Below the pieces are notes generated by a model, which saw only the letters and a program-made list of their open reading frames with translations, was not told the origin of the DNA and did not search any database. Below, in pieces: positions 9,583-20,426 of a stretch of 64,000 nucleotides of DNA. Position 1 is the stretch's first letter. The number at the start of each line of letters is the position of its first letter. Made by a program: the position numbers and the translations under genes. Source of the stretch: a bacterium. Its GTDB lineage: Bacteria > Bacillota > DTU030 > JBMNJR01. The stretch is taken from contig JBMNJR010000008.1 in assembly GCA_050951765.1 (NCBI GenBank), positions 54,795 to 118,794 of the forward strand. The letters are read 5' to 3'.

Positions 9583-11187
9583 CTAAATCTTAGACTTGAT
9601 CACCCGGCCTGCCCGTACCCCGGTAAGTTTACCTGCATTTAAGGATAATTGGCCATTAACAAGTACATGCTCTACACCCACAGGAAATTGGTTAGGTTCT
9701 TTATAAGTACCTAAGTCAATAATTGTTTCCGGATCAAAGATAGTGATATCTGCCTTCATGCCCTCTCTTAATATGCCTCGATCTTGAAGATTTAATCTCC
9801 GGGCCGGATTAGCCGTCATTTTTTGGATCGCTGCTTCCATGGTCATAATACCTTGTTCACGAACATACTTGCCTAAGATGCGGGGGAAAGTTCCATATAC
9901 CCGGGGATGTGGTTTCCCGCCCACAATACCGTCGGAACAAACACATATGCACTGGTGCTGCATAATTCGCTCCACGTCTTTTTCGTCGCTATGGAAATTA
10001 GCCATGGTTACAGCGCCATCTTCTTCGATTAAGAGATCTGCCACCACGTTTGTAGGTGTTTTCCCTGTTATTTGGGCTAACTCTGCAATATTTTTCCCTT
10101 CGGCATACTTATTTTTCTCTGATTGCACAGCAGTTATCAAAATTGAATCCCAACCATTGGTTATAGCCCGGTTTTCCCATTTGGTACTAGGTGTTTCATG
10201 ATCTTTATGCAACTGTGCCCTTATTTTCTGATCCCTTAATTTGGCTAACATTTTTTCCGTCCCACCTTCATGATACCAAGGCGGAATCATCATATCTAGC
10301 ATAGTGCTCCCGGCTGTATATGGATATTGATCAAAGGTTACATCTAAACCATCCGCCCGGGCTTGATCAATCAAAGAGAGAACTTCTGCGGATCTCCCCC
10401 AATTGCTTTTACCGGCGACTTTCAAGTGGGAAATATGTAACGGACATCCGGCTTCCCTACAATATCCCACTACTTCGGCTATTGCATCCCGGATCCGATC
10501 ACTTTCACTTCGCAAATGGACAACAAAAAAGCCACCATTGTCAGCAATAACCCTGAGGAGTTCCACAAATTCCCTTTTATCGGCATACATACCCGGCGGA
10601 TAAATCAAGCCGGTAGAAAAACCGCATGCTCCTTCATGAAAAGCTTGGTTGACAATCTCTTTCATCTGTTGGATTTCCTGGTCAGTAGCCGGACGGGCAT
10701 CCCAACCTACAACCATTGCCCGCACATTACTATGGGGAACTAACATCAGGTTATTACTGGCAGGGCTCACCTTGTCCAGTTCCGCCAAGTATTCCCCCAT
10801 CGTCCGCCAAGTCCATTTATCAACGTACCTACCAAGCAAACCTAACAACCGTTTTTGCATTAAGGATACGTTTTGATCGTCAATGGGCGCTACTGAAAGA
10901 CCGTCCTGCCCCAAAAGGGCCGTGGTTATACCTTGCCGTAACTTTGCTTCTTCCTGTGGATACTTGAATACCAATAAGTCGGAATGGGTGTGCATATCAA
11001 TAAATCCCGGGCAAGCAACCAAGCCCTTTCCGTCTATTACCTTTTTTGCTTCAATGTCAATTCTGTGCTTAATGGCAACGATTTCCTCGCCCACAATCCC
11101 AATGTCGCCATTAAACCAAGGACTACCGGTGCCGTCAACTATTTTCATATCTTTAAGCAAAATATCTAACAAGAAACCCACCTCCAT
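9583..11187 (-). CDS. N-acyl-D-amino-acid deacylase (D-aminoacylase) family amidohydrolase
   Basis: 534 aa; metal-dependent amidohydrolase signatures (DMHTHSD, GFSTGLIYPPG). Confidence 0.75.
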   Translation of the reverse strand: MEVGFLLDILLKDMKIVDGTGSPWFNGDIGIVGEEIVAIKHRIDIEAKKVIDGKGLVACPGFIDMHTHSDLLVFKYPQEEAKLRQGITTALLGQDGLSVAPIDDQNVSLMQKRLLGLLGRYVDKWTWRTMGEYLAELDKVSPASNNLMLVPHSNVRAMVVGWDARPATDQEIQQMKEIVNQAFHEGACGFSTGLIYPPGMYADKREFVELLRVIADNGGFFVVHLRSESDRIRDAIAEVVGYCREAGCPLHISHLKVAGKSNWGRSAEVLSLIDQARADGLDVTFDQYPYTAGSTMLDMMIPPWYHEGGTEKMLAKLRDQKIRAQLHKDHETPSTKWENRAITNGWDSILITAVQSEKNKYAEGKNIAELAQITGKTPTNVVADLLIEEDGAVTMANFHSDEKDVERIMQHQCICVCSDGIVGGKPHPRVYGTFPRILGKYVREQGIMTMEAAIQKMTANPARRLNLQDRGILREGMKADITIFDPETIIDLGTYKEPNQFPVGVEHVLVNGQLSLNAGKLTGVRAGRVIKSKI

Positions 11188-11334
11188 TTAACTATATTCA
11201 ACTACTAGAAGACTAGCAATTTATTATTAAAATTCTTGTAGTTCCCATCCATTTCCTGCTCTCAAAACACCAAAATAGGATATATTCTTAAAAATGCGAT
11301 AGAGTGCAAAAGAGCAAAGGAAATGCGACAGATT

Positions 11335-12159
11335 TTATTTCACTATCGCATTTCCTACTAACAATGGGGCAAAAATAATGTCCCCACATCTCCCCCCGAT
11401 AAAACCTCTATCCACCACTTCCGGTTTATCACCGTTGGCAATAACCAAAGGAATGCCTGCGGCGTTGACTATCTTCGCTGCCAAGACTTTGGTTCCCATT
11501 CCTCCAACACCAAGATTACCGCCTTCGCTGGATGCCAATGCTTCAATATCCGGCGTTATTTCTGTCACTAAAGAAATTCGCTGGGCATCCTCTGCAACGC
11601 GGGGATCTGCAGTATACAGACCATCAATATCAGATAAAATTATCAAAAGATCAGCTTCTGCCAAAACAGCTACGTACGCAGAAAGGGAATCATTATCGCC
11701 AAATTCAATTTCATCCACTGCTACGGTATCGTTTTCATTGACAATGGGGATAACCCTATAATCTAATAAGGTATTAAATGTATTCCGGGCATTAATATAT
11801 CGCTTCCCATTATCAACATCAGCTTTGGTCAGTAATATTTGAGCTACTACATAACCATACTCTCCAAATAATTTCTCATAAACATGCATAAGGACTCCTT
11901 GCCCAATGGCAGCCATTGCCTGTTTTTCTTTGGTACTACGGGGTCGTCCAGTAAGCCCAATTTTACTAGTCCCGACCACAATTGCGCCGGAACTGACTAA
12001 AATTACCTCTTTATTCTGATTGCATAAATCAGCCAATTGCCGTACCAGGTGCTCCATTCTATTTAGATTCAGTTTCCCGTTTGCATAGGTTAATGTAGAG
12101 GTACCTACTTTCACAACTATTCGCCGTGCATGCTTCAATTCTTGCCTCCCGTTTGCCAA
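11335..12159 (-). CDS. proB: Glutamate 5-kinase (short form without PUA domain)
   Basis: VVKVGTSTLT, LVSSGAI, INENDTVA, FGDNDSLSA, ILSDIDGLYTADPR, GTGGMGTK motifs. Confidence 0.85.
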   Translation of the reverse strand: MANGRQELKHARRIVVKVGTSTLTYANGKLNLNRMEHLVRQLADLCNQNKEVILVSSGAIVVGTSKIGLTGRPRSTKEKQAMAAIGQGVLMHVYEKLFGEYGYVVAQILLTKADVDNGKRYINARNTFNTLLDYRVIPIVNENDTVAVDEIEFGDNDSLSAYVAVLAEADLLIILSDIDGLYTADPRVAEDAQRISLVTEITPDIEALASSEGGNLGVGGMGTKVLAAKIVNAAGIPLVIANGDKPEVVDRGFIGGRCGDIIFAPLLVGNAIVK

Positions 12160-12214
12160 TCCTTCTCTCCTCCCCTAGCATTAGGTTTTATCTTTCCTGC
12201 ATTATAGTCGACAC

Positions 12215-13963
12215 CTAATAAACATGTGCCCTACCTCGATAGATCAAGCCCCTACCGCTATCAACGGTAACATTGACTTCCGCGGCCAATAGTTTTAACG
12301 CACCCTTAGCACCGACCACCACTGGTATGCCTAGGCTCAAACCTACCACAGCAGCGTGGGAAGTTAGCCCCGCTTCTTCTGTAACCACAGCGGCAGCCTG
12401 CTCAACAAAGGGCATATATTCCCGATCTGTAGCCAAGGCTACTATGACGTCCCCCGGCTGAAAACGTTCTTGCAGCTCCTTGTGGGTTCCTGCCAAACAG
12501 ACCCTGCCTGTGGCAGCCCCTTGGCCAATCCCGATCCCCCGGAGCAGGATATCTCCTACCGTATGAACCTTGATTAAATTTGTCGTTCCCGGCACACCAA
12601 CCGGATGCCCGGCAGTTATCACAACCAAATCCCCATTTTTGATCAAGCCCTGATCCAATCCTGCAGTGATGGCAGAGGCAAACATTTCATCCGTACTTGA
12701 CGCCTGTTCTTTTAAGACCGGGTGCACCCCCCAAACCATCGTTAGCTGCCGCAGCACTTTTTCCTGGGGTGTAACGGCAATAATTGGTGCCTTGGGACGA
12801 TATTTGGCTATAACCCGGGATGTATAACCCGATTGAGTAGCCGTTAATATTGCAGCTGCATGTAGGTTATGTGCCACAGTGCAAGTTGCATAACCGACAG
12901 CATCGGTTATTGTTTGCGCAACCGCCCCTTTACGCCGTAGGATTTCTGCATAATCCAATGCTGTTTCCGCCCGTTGGGCAATATTATTCATGTGCTTTAC
13001 TGCCTCTACAGGATATTTACCCGTAGCAGTTTCTGCAGAAAGCATAATAGCGTCACTACCGTCAAAAATAGCATTGGCTACGTCACTGGCCTCAGCTCTA
13101 GTTGGCCGTGACTTTTCCACCATTGATTCTAACATCTGGGTGGCAGTAATCACCAGCTTACCTGCCTGGTTACATTTTTTAATAATTTGTTTTTGCAAAA
13201 TGGGTACGTCTTCCGCCGGAATTTCCACCCCCAAATCTCCCCTGGCCACCATTAAACCGTCGGCGACCTTAAGGATTGAATCAATATTTTCTACGCCTTC
13301 CAGGTTTTCAATTTTAGCAATAACCGGAATCGCTGCCCCTTCCTCCTCAAGAAACCGCTTAATTGCCAGCACCCCGGCAGCATTGCGGATAAAGGAAGCG
13401 GCAATATAATCAATACCTTGCCGGATACCAAATATAAGATCCTGCTGATCCTGTTCGGAAAAAGCAGGTAACGAAACTCTAGTATCAGGTAAATTTACCT
13501 TCTTTCCACTGAGCAATGTTCCGCCGTGTACCACCCGGCATTTTATTTCATCCCCCACCACAGTAACAACCTCTAATTGTAGCAAACCATCATCCAAAAG
13601 TACAGTGGCACCTGGTTTTATTTCCTTATGCAATTCTGGGTAGTTAACGTAAACTCTCCTCCCATCACCTTCCACAGGACTGGTGGTCAAGGTAAAGATA
13701 TTATCCTCCTGAAGTTGAATCGCACCTCCACTAAAACTGCCGATCCGGATCTCCGGACCTTTTGTATCTAAAAGAATACCTAAAGGATGTCCCAACTGGG
13801 CAGCAACAGACCGTAAAGTATTGATGCGCGTTCGATGTTCGGCATAAGTACCATGGGAAAAATTCAAGCGGGCAACATTCATCCCTGCCCGGATCATCTC
13901 ACGGATCGTTTCCGCTGACTGACTGGCCGGCCCAATGGTACAAATTATCTTAGTCCGCCGCAT
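12215..13963 (-). CDS. pyk: Pyruvate kinase with C-terminal PEP-utilizer domain
   Basis: MRRTKIICTIGPASQS...MNVARLNFSHG N-terminus; 582 aa. Confidence 0.9.
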   Translation of the reverse strand: MRRTKIICTIGPASQSAETIREMIRAGMNVARLNFSHGTYAEHRTRINTLRSVAAQLGHPLGILLDTKGPEIRIGSFSGGAIQLQEDNIFTLTTSPVEGDGRRVYVNYPELHKEIKPGATVLLDDGLLQLEVVTVVGDEIKCRVVHGGTLLSGKKVNLPDTRVSLPAFSEQDQQDLIFGIRQGIDYIAASFIRNAAGVLAIKRFLEEEGAAIPVIAKIENLEGVENIDSILKVADGLMVARGDLGVEIPAEDVPILQKQIIKKCNQAGKLVITATQMLESMVEKSRPTRAEASDVANAIFDGSDAIMLSAETATGKYPVEAVKHMNNIAQRAETALDYAEILRRKGAVAQTITDAVGYATCTVAHNLHAAAILTATQSGYTSRVIAKYRPKAPIIAVTPQEKVLRQLTMVWGVHPVLKEQASSTDEMFASAITAGLDQGLIKNGDLVVITAGHPVGVPGTTNLIKVHTVGDILLRGIGIGQGAATGRVCLAGTHKELQERFQPGDVIVALATDREYMPFVEQAAAVVTEEAGLTSHAAVVGLSLGIPVVVGAKGALKLLAAEVNVTVDSGRGLIYRGRAHVY

Positions 13964-14029
13964 TTGAAATCCTCCTCTGTAATGTCAACCACGTTTCCAG
14001 TAAACCGGTTAAACGTCACTACCTCAAAA

Positions 14030-14227
14030 CTAACGGATAGTTGATTGTAAAATTTCCTGGGCTTCCTCTACTTCACACTCCGGAACTAATATCTCTACAT
14101 AGCCAGAATCACCCAAATGAGGAACACCTATCGGCCGGAGCATGACTAAAATCCCTTCGCTGTCAAGTACGCCTTTTAACGACTCAGCCTCTATGCGATT
14201 GCGAGCTATAAATACCACAGTCCACAT
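14030..14227 (-). CDS. Small hypothetical protein (possibly DUF2007-like)
   Basis: 65 aa ORF between pyk and dnaE; weak family resemblance only. Confidence 0.4.
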   Translation of the reverse strand: MWTVVFIARNRIEAESLKGVLDSEGILVMLRPIGVPHLGDSGYVEILVPECEVEEAQEILQSTIR

Positions 14228-14451
14228 GATGCTCCCCTACTCTCCCTTCTCATCCACAGTATGCAATTTCACAGTAACCGTTCAGATCAATATTTAAAAT
14301 TTCAGCACGCAGGATATCCTCACCTTTATACACTAGTAGTTTATCTTTCCTTCGACTACCTTTTACCGGAATCCTTTTCGCAGTACAATAATTTTTTCAT
14401 TGTCACCTGTTAGATGTTTCCACGATAACATCTACTCTAAAAATACGACCC

Positions 14452-14547
14452 GGCTCGACAAGGAACCGGAGAGAGCGAAGCCGGAAGTGATGGACAATTA
14501 ATTTTCATTCCTCTGCTGGTGTCGAGAATCGGCATGGGCGTCTACTC
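14452..14547. repeat. Dispersed repeat, family R1 partial copy (right half)
   Basis: About 96 bp near-identical to 35432..35532 and 54603..54710, ending ...CGGCATGGGCGTCTACTC; on the minus strand begins 6 nt after the dnaE stop. Confidence 0.7.
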
Positions 14548-14552
14548 CCATC

Positions 14553-17500
14553 CTACCCGGACAAATCCTTGACTGCTGCTTCTGCAGGCCCTAAAATCGT
14601 TTTCAGCTCATTCATCAGTTCACTTTGCAGTTCCACTGTTAAATTAGGCACCCGATGCAAAGATTTCTCCTTTTGAAAGTAAAGAAAAACAGGATGCGGG
14701 CCGGGAAACTTTGTCAGCAAACGGAGCACTTGATTCATGCTTTGTTTTGCCTGCCTGGAACTTAGACGTACATATAGTGCTTTCTTCGCCGCATCCAAGT
14801 GTGATGTATTCAACTCGGTTATCTGCTCTGCTATTACTTTCACCTCAGTTTCCTGCCAATTTACCTCCCCTTTGACCAAAAGCAGTGCATCTTCCGTCAA
14901 TAAGGAACGACTTTGCTCATATAGCCGGGGAAAGATAACAACTTCATATGTACCTGTAAGATCCTCTATGGTAGCAAATAGCATCTGTTGCCCATTTTTG
15001 GTCAATATTTGTTTACCGGCGCTATATACACCGGCCAAAGTGACTTTTGCACCATCGGCAAAATCCTGTAATTCCTTGCTACTTACGGTTTGTTCCCGTA
15101 AAAAAGTAGCATAACGGGCTAAAGGATGGCCGGAAATATAAAGACCCACAGTCTCCTTTTCCAGAGCAAGCAACTGTTCCGGAGGAAACTCCGGTATTTG
15201 CGGCAGTTCCGCACCAATTGGATCCATTTCTTCAGTAAAAAATTCAAATAGAGAATACTGGCCGGTTAATTTCTCCCGCTGCAATTGTTGCGCAACATCT
15301 AATACCTGATCCAACCCTGCCAACAAACGGGCTCGCAACTCCCCTACGGAGCCAAAGGCTCCACACTTAATCAAACTCTCAATAACCCGCTTATTGACTA
15401 CCCGCAGATCAACTCGATTACAAAAATCTTGAAATGAGGTGAAACTCCCACCCTCTTCCCGGGTGGCAATAATGTTTTCAATTGCCCCTTTTCCCACATT
15501 TTTCACCGCAGCCAAGCCAAACCTGATTTTCCTGCCTACAACAGTAAAATCGGTTAAACTCTCATTTACATCAGGTGGTAAAATCTCAATACCCAACCGG
15601 CGACATTCATCAATATAAAGAGCTACCTTATCGGTATTCTCCATGACACTGGTTAATAGAGCTGCCATGTACTCTACCGGATAGTTTGCCTTCAAATAAG
15701 CCGTCTGATAAGCAATCACGGCATACGCCGCAGAATGACTTTTATTAAACCCATACCCGGCAAAATGGGCCATTAAATCAAAGATTTCCCCTGCTATCTT
15801 TGTAGGAATCTTCCGCTTAACAGCCCCCTGTAAAAATTGTTCCCGCAATGCGGCAATGACTTCTGGCTTCTTTTTCCCCATGGCTCGCCGCAAAATATCG
15901 GCTTCACCAAGGCTGAAACCTGCCAATTGGCTGGCAATCTGCATTACCTGCTCTTGATATAGAATAATTCCATATGTTTCCTTCAGGATCGGCTCCAAAG
16001 TAGGATGTAGGTATTCCACCTGCTTGCGTTGGTGTTTGCGGGCAATATAATCCTCTACCATACCACTGCCTAACGGCCCCGGTCGGTAGAGAGCAACTAA
16101 AGCCACAATATCATTAAGACTGCTGGGCTGTAAATCTTTAATCAGTGTCCTCATACCCGCACTTTCAAGCTGGAAGACACCGGAAGTGTTCCCCTGCTGT
16201 AACATTGCATATGTATTCTGATCTTCTGCAGGAATATTCCGGGGATCGATAACTATTCCTTGGGTAACTCGAATAATTTTCAAGGTATTCTGGATCACTG
16301 TTAAAGTTCTTAAGCCTAAGAAATCCATTTTTAACAGCCCAAGTTCTTCAATAGTATCCCAGGGAAATTGAGTTGTCACCACTCCGTCTGAAGTTTTCTG
16401 TAAGGGAACATAAGCAGTTAAAGGTTCCCGGGAAATAACTATACCTGCAGCATGAACCGAAGCGTGCCGGGGGAGGCCTTCTAAGATTCGAGCAGTTTCT
16501 AATACCTCTCCCAAAGCAGGGTCTTGGGCTACCAATTGGCGCAAGTTTGTACTTACCTGCAAAGCCTTCTCCAGAGTCATGCCCAATTCCATTGGGATCA
16601 ACTTCGCCAATTTGTCTACATCACCATAGGGGATACCATAAACCCGCCCTACATCTCGCACTGCACCCCTTGCAGCCATGGTACCAAAGGTCACTATTTG
16701 GGCTACCCGGTCCTTACCATACCGTTTGATCACGTAATCAATTATTTCCCCTCGCCGGTCATCACAAAAATCTATATCTATATCAGGCATGGTTACCCGC
16801 TCCGGGTTTAGAAAACGCTCAAAGATAAGACCATGTGCCAACGGATCTATATCAGTAATACCGAGGCAATATGCCACCAAACTACCAGCTGCCGAACCGC
16901 GGCCAGGCCCGACCAAAATTCCCTGTTCCCGGGCAAAACGGATTAAATCCCACACAATCAGGAAATAACCAGCATAACCCATTTTATTGATCACATTAAG
17001 CTCATAAGCCAGCCGTTCCTTTATCTCCTCCGTCAGTTGAGCATAACGTCCTATTAAACCTTGCCGGCACAGTTGTTCTAAATATACTTCTGGAGTATTC
17101 CCACTAGGTAATGAAAAAGCAGGTAAATGCAAATGCCCAAAATCCAGTACTACGTTACAGCGCTCTGCAATAGCTATAGTATTAGCAACAGCCTCCGGAA
17201 CAGCATGAAACAGTTGCATCATTTCCGCCGTTGATTTTAAGTAAAACTCTTGAGTGGGAAAACGCAGTCTGCCTTCATCAGCCAAATTTTTTCCCGTTTG
17301 AATGCATAGCAGCACATCATGAGCAGTAGCATCATTTTTCTTGATGTAATGCAAGTCATTAGTAGCCACCATGGGTATAGCCATATCCCTGGCTAACCGG
17401 ATTATTTTTTCGTTGCTTTCTTTCTCCACTGCCATACCATGATCTTGCAACTCCAGAAAAAAGTTATTCTGCCCAAATATCTCCCTGTATGTTTTGGCAG

Positions 17501-17972
17501 CATCCCGTGCCCCGGCTTCATCCCCTTGCAATAATTTGGTCGGGATCTCACCGGCTATGCAGGCAGTAAGGGCAATCAAACCCTTACTATACCGGGAAAG
17601 GAGTTCCTTGTCTACTCGCGGCTTATAATAAAATCCTTGCAGATAAGCTTGTGAAACTATTTCCAACAAGTTTTGGTATCCTTGCTGGGTTTCCGCCAGT
17701 AAAACCAAGTGATACAAATTATCATCAATCCGCGGTTTCCGGTCAGCCATTGTCCGGGGAGCCACATAGACCTCACAACCTAACAGAGGTTTAATCCCAT
17801 GCTTTAGACAACATTTATAAAATTCCACTACACCGTACATAACACCATGATCAGTAATAGCCAGTGCCGGCATCTCAAGCTGGGCGGCAGCAGTTACTAA
17901 ATCTGATATTCGCGCTGCTCCATCTAATAGACTGTACTCTGTATGACAATGAAGATGAACAAATTTAGACAC
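14553..17972 (-). CDS. dnaE: DNA polymerase III alpha subunit
   Basis: PHP domain start FVHLHCHTEYSLLDG; probable GTG start at 17972 preceded by AAGGAGGG; ORF track extends to 18041. Confidence 0.9.
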   Translation of the reverse strand: MSKFVHLHCHTEYSLLDGAARISDLVTAAAQLEMPALAITDHGVMYGVVEFYKCCLKHGIKPLLGCEVYVAPRTMADRKPRIDDNLYHLVLLAETQQGYQNLLEIVSQAYLQGFYYKPRVDKELLSRYSKGLIALTACIAGEIPTKLLQGDEAGARDAAKTYREIFGQNNFFLELQDHGMAVEKESNEKIIRLARDMAIPMVATNDLHYIKKNDATAHDVLLCIQTGKNLADEGRLRFPTQEFYLKSTAEMMQLFHAVPEAVANTIAIAERCNVVLDFGHLHLPAFSLPSGNTPEVYLEQLCRQGLIGRYAQLTEEIKERLAYELNVINKMGYAGYFLIVWDLIRFAREQGILVGPGRGSAAGSLVAYCLGITDIDPLAHGLIFERFLNPERVTMPDIDIDFCDDRRGEIIDYVIKRYGKDRVAQIVTFGTMAARGAVRDVGRVYGIPYGDVDKLAKLIPMELGMTLEKALQVSTNLRQLVAQDPALGEVLETARILEGLPRHASVHAAGIVISREPLTAYVPLQKTSDGVVTTQFPWDTIEELGLLKMDFLGLRTLTVIQNTLKIIRVTQGIVIDPRNIPAEDQNTYAMLQQGNTSGVFQLESAGMRTLIKDLQPSSLNDIVALVALYRPGPLGSGMVEDYIARKHQRKQVEYLHPTLEPILKETYGIILYQEQVMQIASQLAGFSLGEADILRRAMGKKKPEVIAALREQFLQGAVKRKIPTKIAGEIFDLMAHFAGYGFNKSHSAAYAVIAYQTAYLKANYPVEYMAALLTSVMENTDKVALYIDECRRLGIEILPPDVNESLTDFTVVGRKIRFGLAAVKNVGKGAIENIIATREEGGSFTSFQDFCNRVDLRVVNKRVIESLIKCGAFGSVGELRARLLAGLDQVLDVAQQLQREKLTGQYSLFEFFTEEMDPIGAELPQIPEFPPEQLLALEKETVGLYISGHPLARYATFLREQTVSSKELQDFADGAKVTLAGVYSAGKQILTKNGQQMLFATIEDLTGTYEVVIFPRLYEQSRSLLTEDALLLVKGEVNWQETEVKVIAEQITELNTSHLDAAKKALYVRLSSRQAKQSMNQVLRLLTKFPGPHPVFLYFQKEKSLHRVPNLTVELQSELMNELKTILGPAEAAVKDLSG

Positions 17973-18218
17973 CGGCCTTCCCTCCTTGAACGAGACTTCA
18001 TTTGAGGAGTAATCGACTCCCTTATTGTTTGTCGAGCACATACTGGACCAGCAGGCCTTCCCGCCGTATATTGAGGCGGGAGGCTTAGGCTAGTTAGTTC
18101 AGTCAGTACCGAACTTTTTCTCTAATTCCACACCTTAGGGATAACTCCTCCTACATACAATTGGGATAATTATTCCATAAGGTCTATATTTCTCATAAAT
18201 GGAAAAGGGGAATAAAAG

Positions 18219-18596
18219 GTGAGTAAGATTATTGCCGATCTAACTATAAGTTTTTTTGTTGCCCTGGGGGTGGTTTTAGGAGGATCTATTATTGGTTCCC
18301 TGGGAGCAACATTAGCAAACCATTATCCTGAAGATACAATGATCGAGCTGGCCCGCCAAATCAAAGTTTGGGCAGTATTGGTCGCACTCGGCGGCACTTT
18401 TCCCTCTCTCCATGCCTTGGAGGCGGGCTTATTTGAAGGCCAGCTGCGGGCAATCGCCCGGCAGCTTATCTTTATACTGATCTCCTTCAGCGGCGCGCAT
18501 CTGGGCTATATGCTCATTTCTATTGTTGAAGGGGGATTAAAACAATGCGGGCAAAGGAGGCAGTTTTTCTCTTGGGGTTTCTCTGTGGTTGCCTGA
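18219..18596 (+). CDS. ytrH: Sporulation membrane protein YtrH
   Basis: Clear similarity to B. subtilis YtrH (FFVALGVVLGGSIIGSLGA...VWAVLVALGGTF) and conserved position next to dnaE. Confidence 0.75.
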   Translation: MSKIIADLTISFFVALGVVLGGSIIGSLGATLANHYPEDTMIELARQIKVWAVLVALGGTFPSLHALEAGLFEGQLRAIARQLIFILISFSGAHLGYMLISIVEGGLKQCGQRRQFFSWGFSVVA

Positions 18597-18994
18597 TCAT
18601 GAATTTATTCTTGGCAGCTAAACTGGACACACTCTATGCAGAGATTGAATCCCTGGCCACAGCCCTGGCCGAGCGGGAATCACTCCTGGAACGGCTGCAA
18701 GAGGCCAGTGCAAACAGCAGTTCACCTATTATCAAAGAAATAAAGCCGGAAATAATTCTCAAGGGTAACCGGCCTTTACAAATAGAACTGGAAAAAAGGG
18801 TACGGGAATGGTTGGATATCTTTCTGGGCCGGGATTTGTCTTCCCTTGACCCCGCGGCCATTCCCTTTATTATCGATGGGCGGATAGAAACTATTAACGG
18901 CCGCAAAGTGCGCCTGGAAGTGGAAACCACCGTTGTCTCCGAACAGTTAATCATATTTATCCGCCCTCATTGGGAAAATCAAAATGAAGGATAA
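18545..18994 (+). CDS. ytrI: Sporulation protein YtrI-like
   Basis: N-terminal TM helix then coiled-coil; directly downstream of ytrH as in Bacillus. Confidence 0.5.
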   Translation: MRAKEAVFLLGFLCGCLIMNLFLAAKLDTLYAEIESLATALAERESLLERLQEASANSSSPIIKEIKPEIILKGNRPLQIELEKRVREWLDIFLGRDLSSLDPAAIPFIIDGRIETINGRKVRLEVETTVVSEQLIIFIRPHWENQNEG

Positions 18995-19022
18995 CAGCCG
19001 CTACCGCATGCTAGCAAAAGAC

Positions 19023-19784
19023 TTAAGTTGAGACAATACAGCCTGTGCCGCCTGCCTGCCTGCTTCTATGTAAGATTGCGGATGGTCTAAATCTAAAAGG
19101 CTTCAACTTTGTGACTACCGGCTGTATTATTAGGTCAGCTTTGGGCAGCTGTGCGGCAACATTGGCTCTCTGCATCAAGATAATGGTCTGAATAATAACC
19201 TGAAATATATGCTCCGGTGGCTCCCAACCAAGAGTTTGCGCACCTAAATCAACGGCAATTACCTTTTGTGCGCCCAGGGAGCGGGCAACATCTACCGGCA
19301 GATTGTTGACAACACCACCATCAATTAAAAGTTTCCCTTCCACCTGCACAGGTGTGAAAATGCCCGGTATCGTACAGCTTGCTCGTACAGCAGTACATAC
19401 TGATCCTGAAGTAATAATTATCTCAGCCCCTGAGCTCAAATCACAGGCCACCGCAGCAAAAGGGAGCTGTAATTGGGAAAAAGTTCGCCTGCCAATATGC
19501 TTAGCCAGATAAGCTTCAAACCGTTCCATCCCCAACAACCCCAAATATGGCCGCTGTAGACTAACAATATCCCACCAATGGGTATCATGGGCCAAGGTAA
19601 GTAAATCCGCCGATTTATAGCCGCTGGCATAAAGGGCTCCCACCAAACTACCTACACTGGTACCAGCAATAACATCAACTTGAATATCTTCCTGCTCTAA
19701 CACTTGCAACACACCTATATGGGCTAAGCCCCAAGCTAACCCTCCACTTAAAACCAGCCCTATTCTCCGGTCTGGATTATCCAT
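19023..19784 (-). CDS. Patatin-like phospholipase
   Basis: GLVLSGG and GTSVGS (Gly-X-Ser-X-Gly) motifs. Confidence 0.8.
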   Translation of the reverse strand: MDNPDRRIGLVLSGGLAWGLAHIGVLQVLEQEDIQVDVIAGTSVGSLVGALYASGYKSADLLTLAHDTHWWDIVSLQRPYLGLLGMERFEAYLAKHIGRRTFSQLQLPFAAVACDLSSGAEIIITSGSVCTAVRASCTIPGIFTPVQVEGKLLIDGGVVNNLPVDVARSLGAQKVIAVDLGAQTLGWEPPEHIFQVIIQTIILMQRANVAAQLPKADLIIQPVVTKLKPFRFRPSAILHRSRQAGGTGCIVST

Positions 19785-19836
19785 TCCCTTTCAAACTCCT
19801 TCTAATATGCTAAAAACAAAGAGCGCCAGTGGCGCC

Positions 19837-20232
19837 CTAATCTATGCCTAAGTCATCAAAAGGAAAGGAGTCAGATTTATATTTTGCCGAAAAACTCTCC
19901 ATCCCAATATTTATCCCGGAAGGAGCGAAGAAAAAAATATACTCGCCAATCTTTTGCATATTCCCCTCAACACTATAGGTGGCTCCGCTCATGTAATCCA
20001 CAATCCGTTGGGAAAGGGCATGGGAAAGTCCTTCCAAATTAATGATTACTGGACGTCCTTCTTTAATATGAGTAGCCATTTTTTTAGTATCTCCAAAACT
20101 ATCAGGTTTAATCACAACCACTTTAACCTGTTGCTGATCGATTTCTACATTCCAATGTTCTATTTCACTTTCAGACGTTTCCTCCCTGCCAAAACCTAAG
20201 GAATACATAAAACGGCGAAAGATTTTCGCCAT
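19837..20232 (-). CDS. sepF: Cell division protein SepF-like (DUF552)
   Basis: 131 aa; conserved SepF C-terminal domain (VIKPDSFGD...PVIINLEGL...RIVDYMSGATYSVEG). Confidence 0.7.
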   Translation of the reverse strand: MAKIFRRFMYSLGFGREETSESEIEHWNVEIDQQQVKVVVIKPDSFGDTKKMATHIKEGRPVIINLEGLSHALSQRIVDYMSGATYSVEGNMQKIGEYIFFFAPSGINIGMESFSAKYKSDSFPFDDLGID

Positions 20233-20426
20233 AGCCCCTCATCCTTCCCTGATCATTAGTGCTACAGAAAATGCCTATTTACACAACCGCATTAATTCAC
20301 TATAGAAGAGATACATTGTCAAGATATTAAGTCAAAGTAATATTCGACAATTAATAGTCATTTCCTGCACTGTGACCTGCTTTTTCTGATGGAATACAAG
20401 TAGAGGGGAATATAATACATTGGTTA

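Noticed and set aside
14737-16811. Plus-strand ORFs (14737..15114, 16524..16811, 16547..16729) inside dnaE and similar antisense ORFs within pyk, the aminoacylase and other long genes
   Set aside because: Antisense to strongly supported conserved genes; typical frame artefacts in GC-biased coding sequence.
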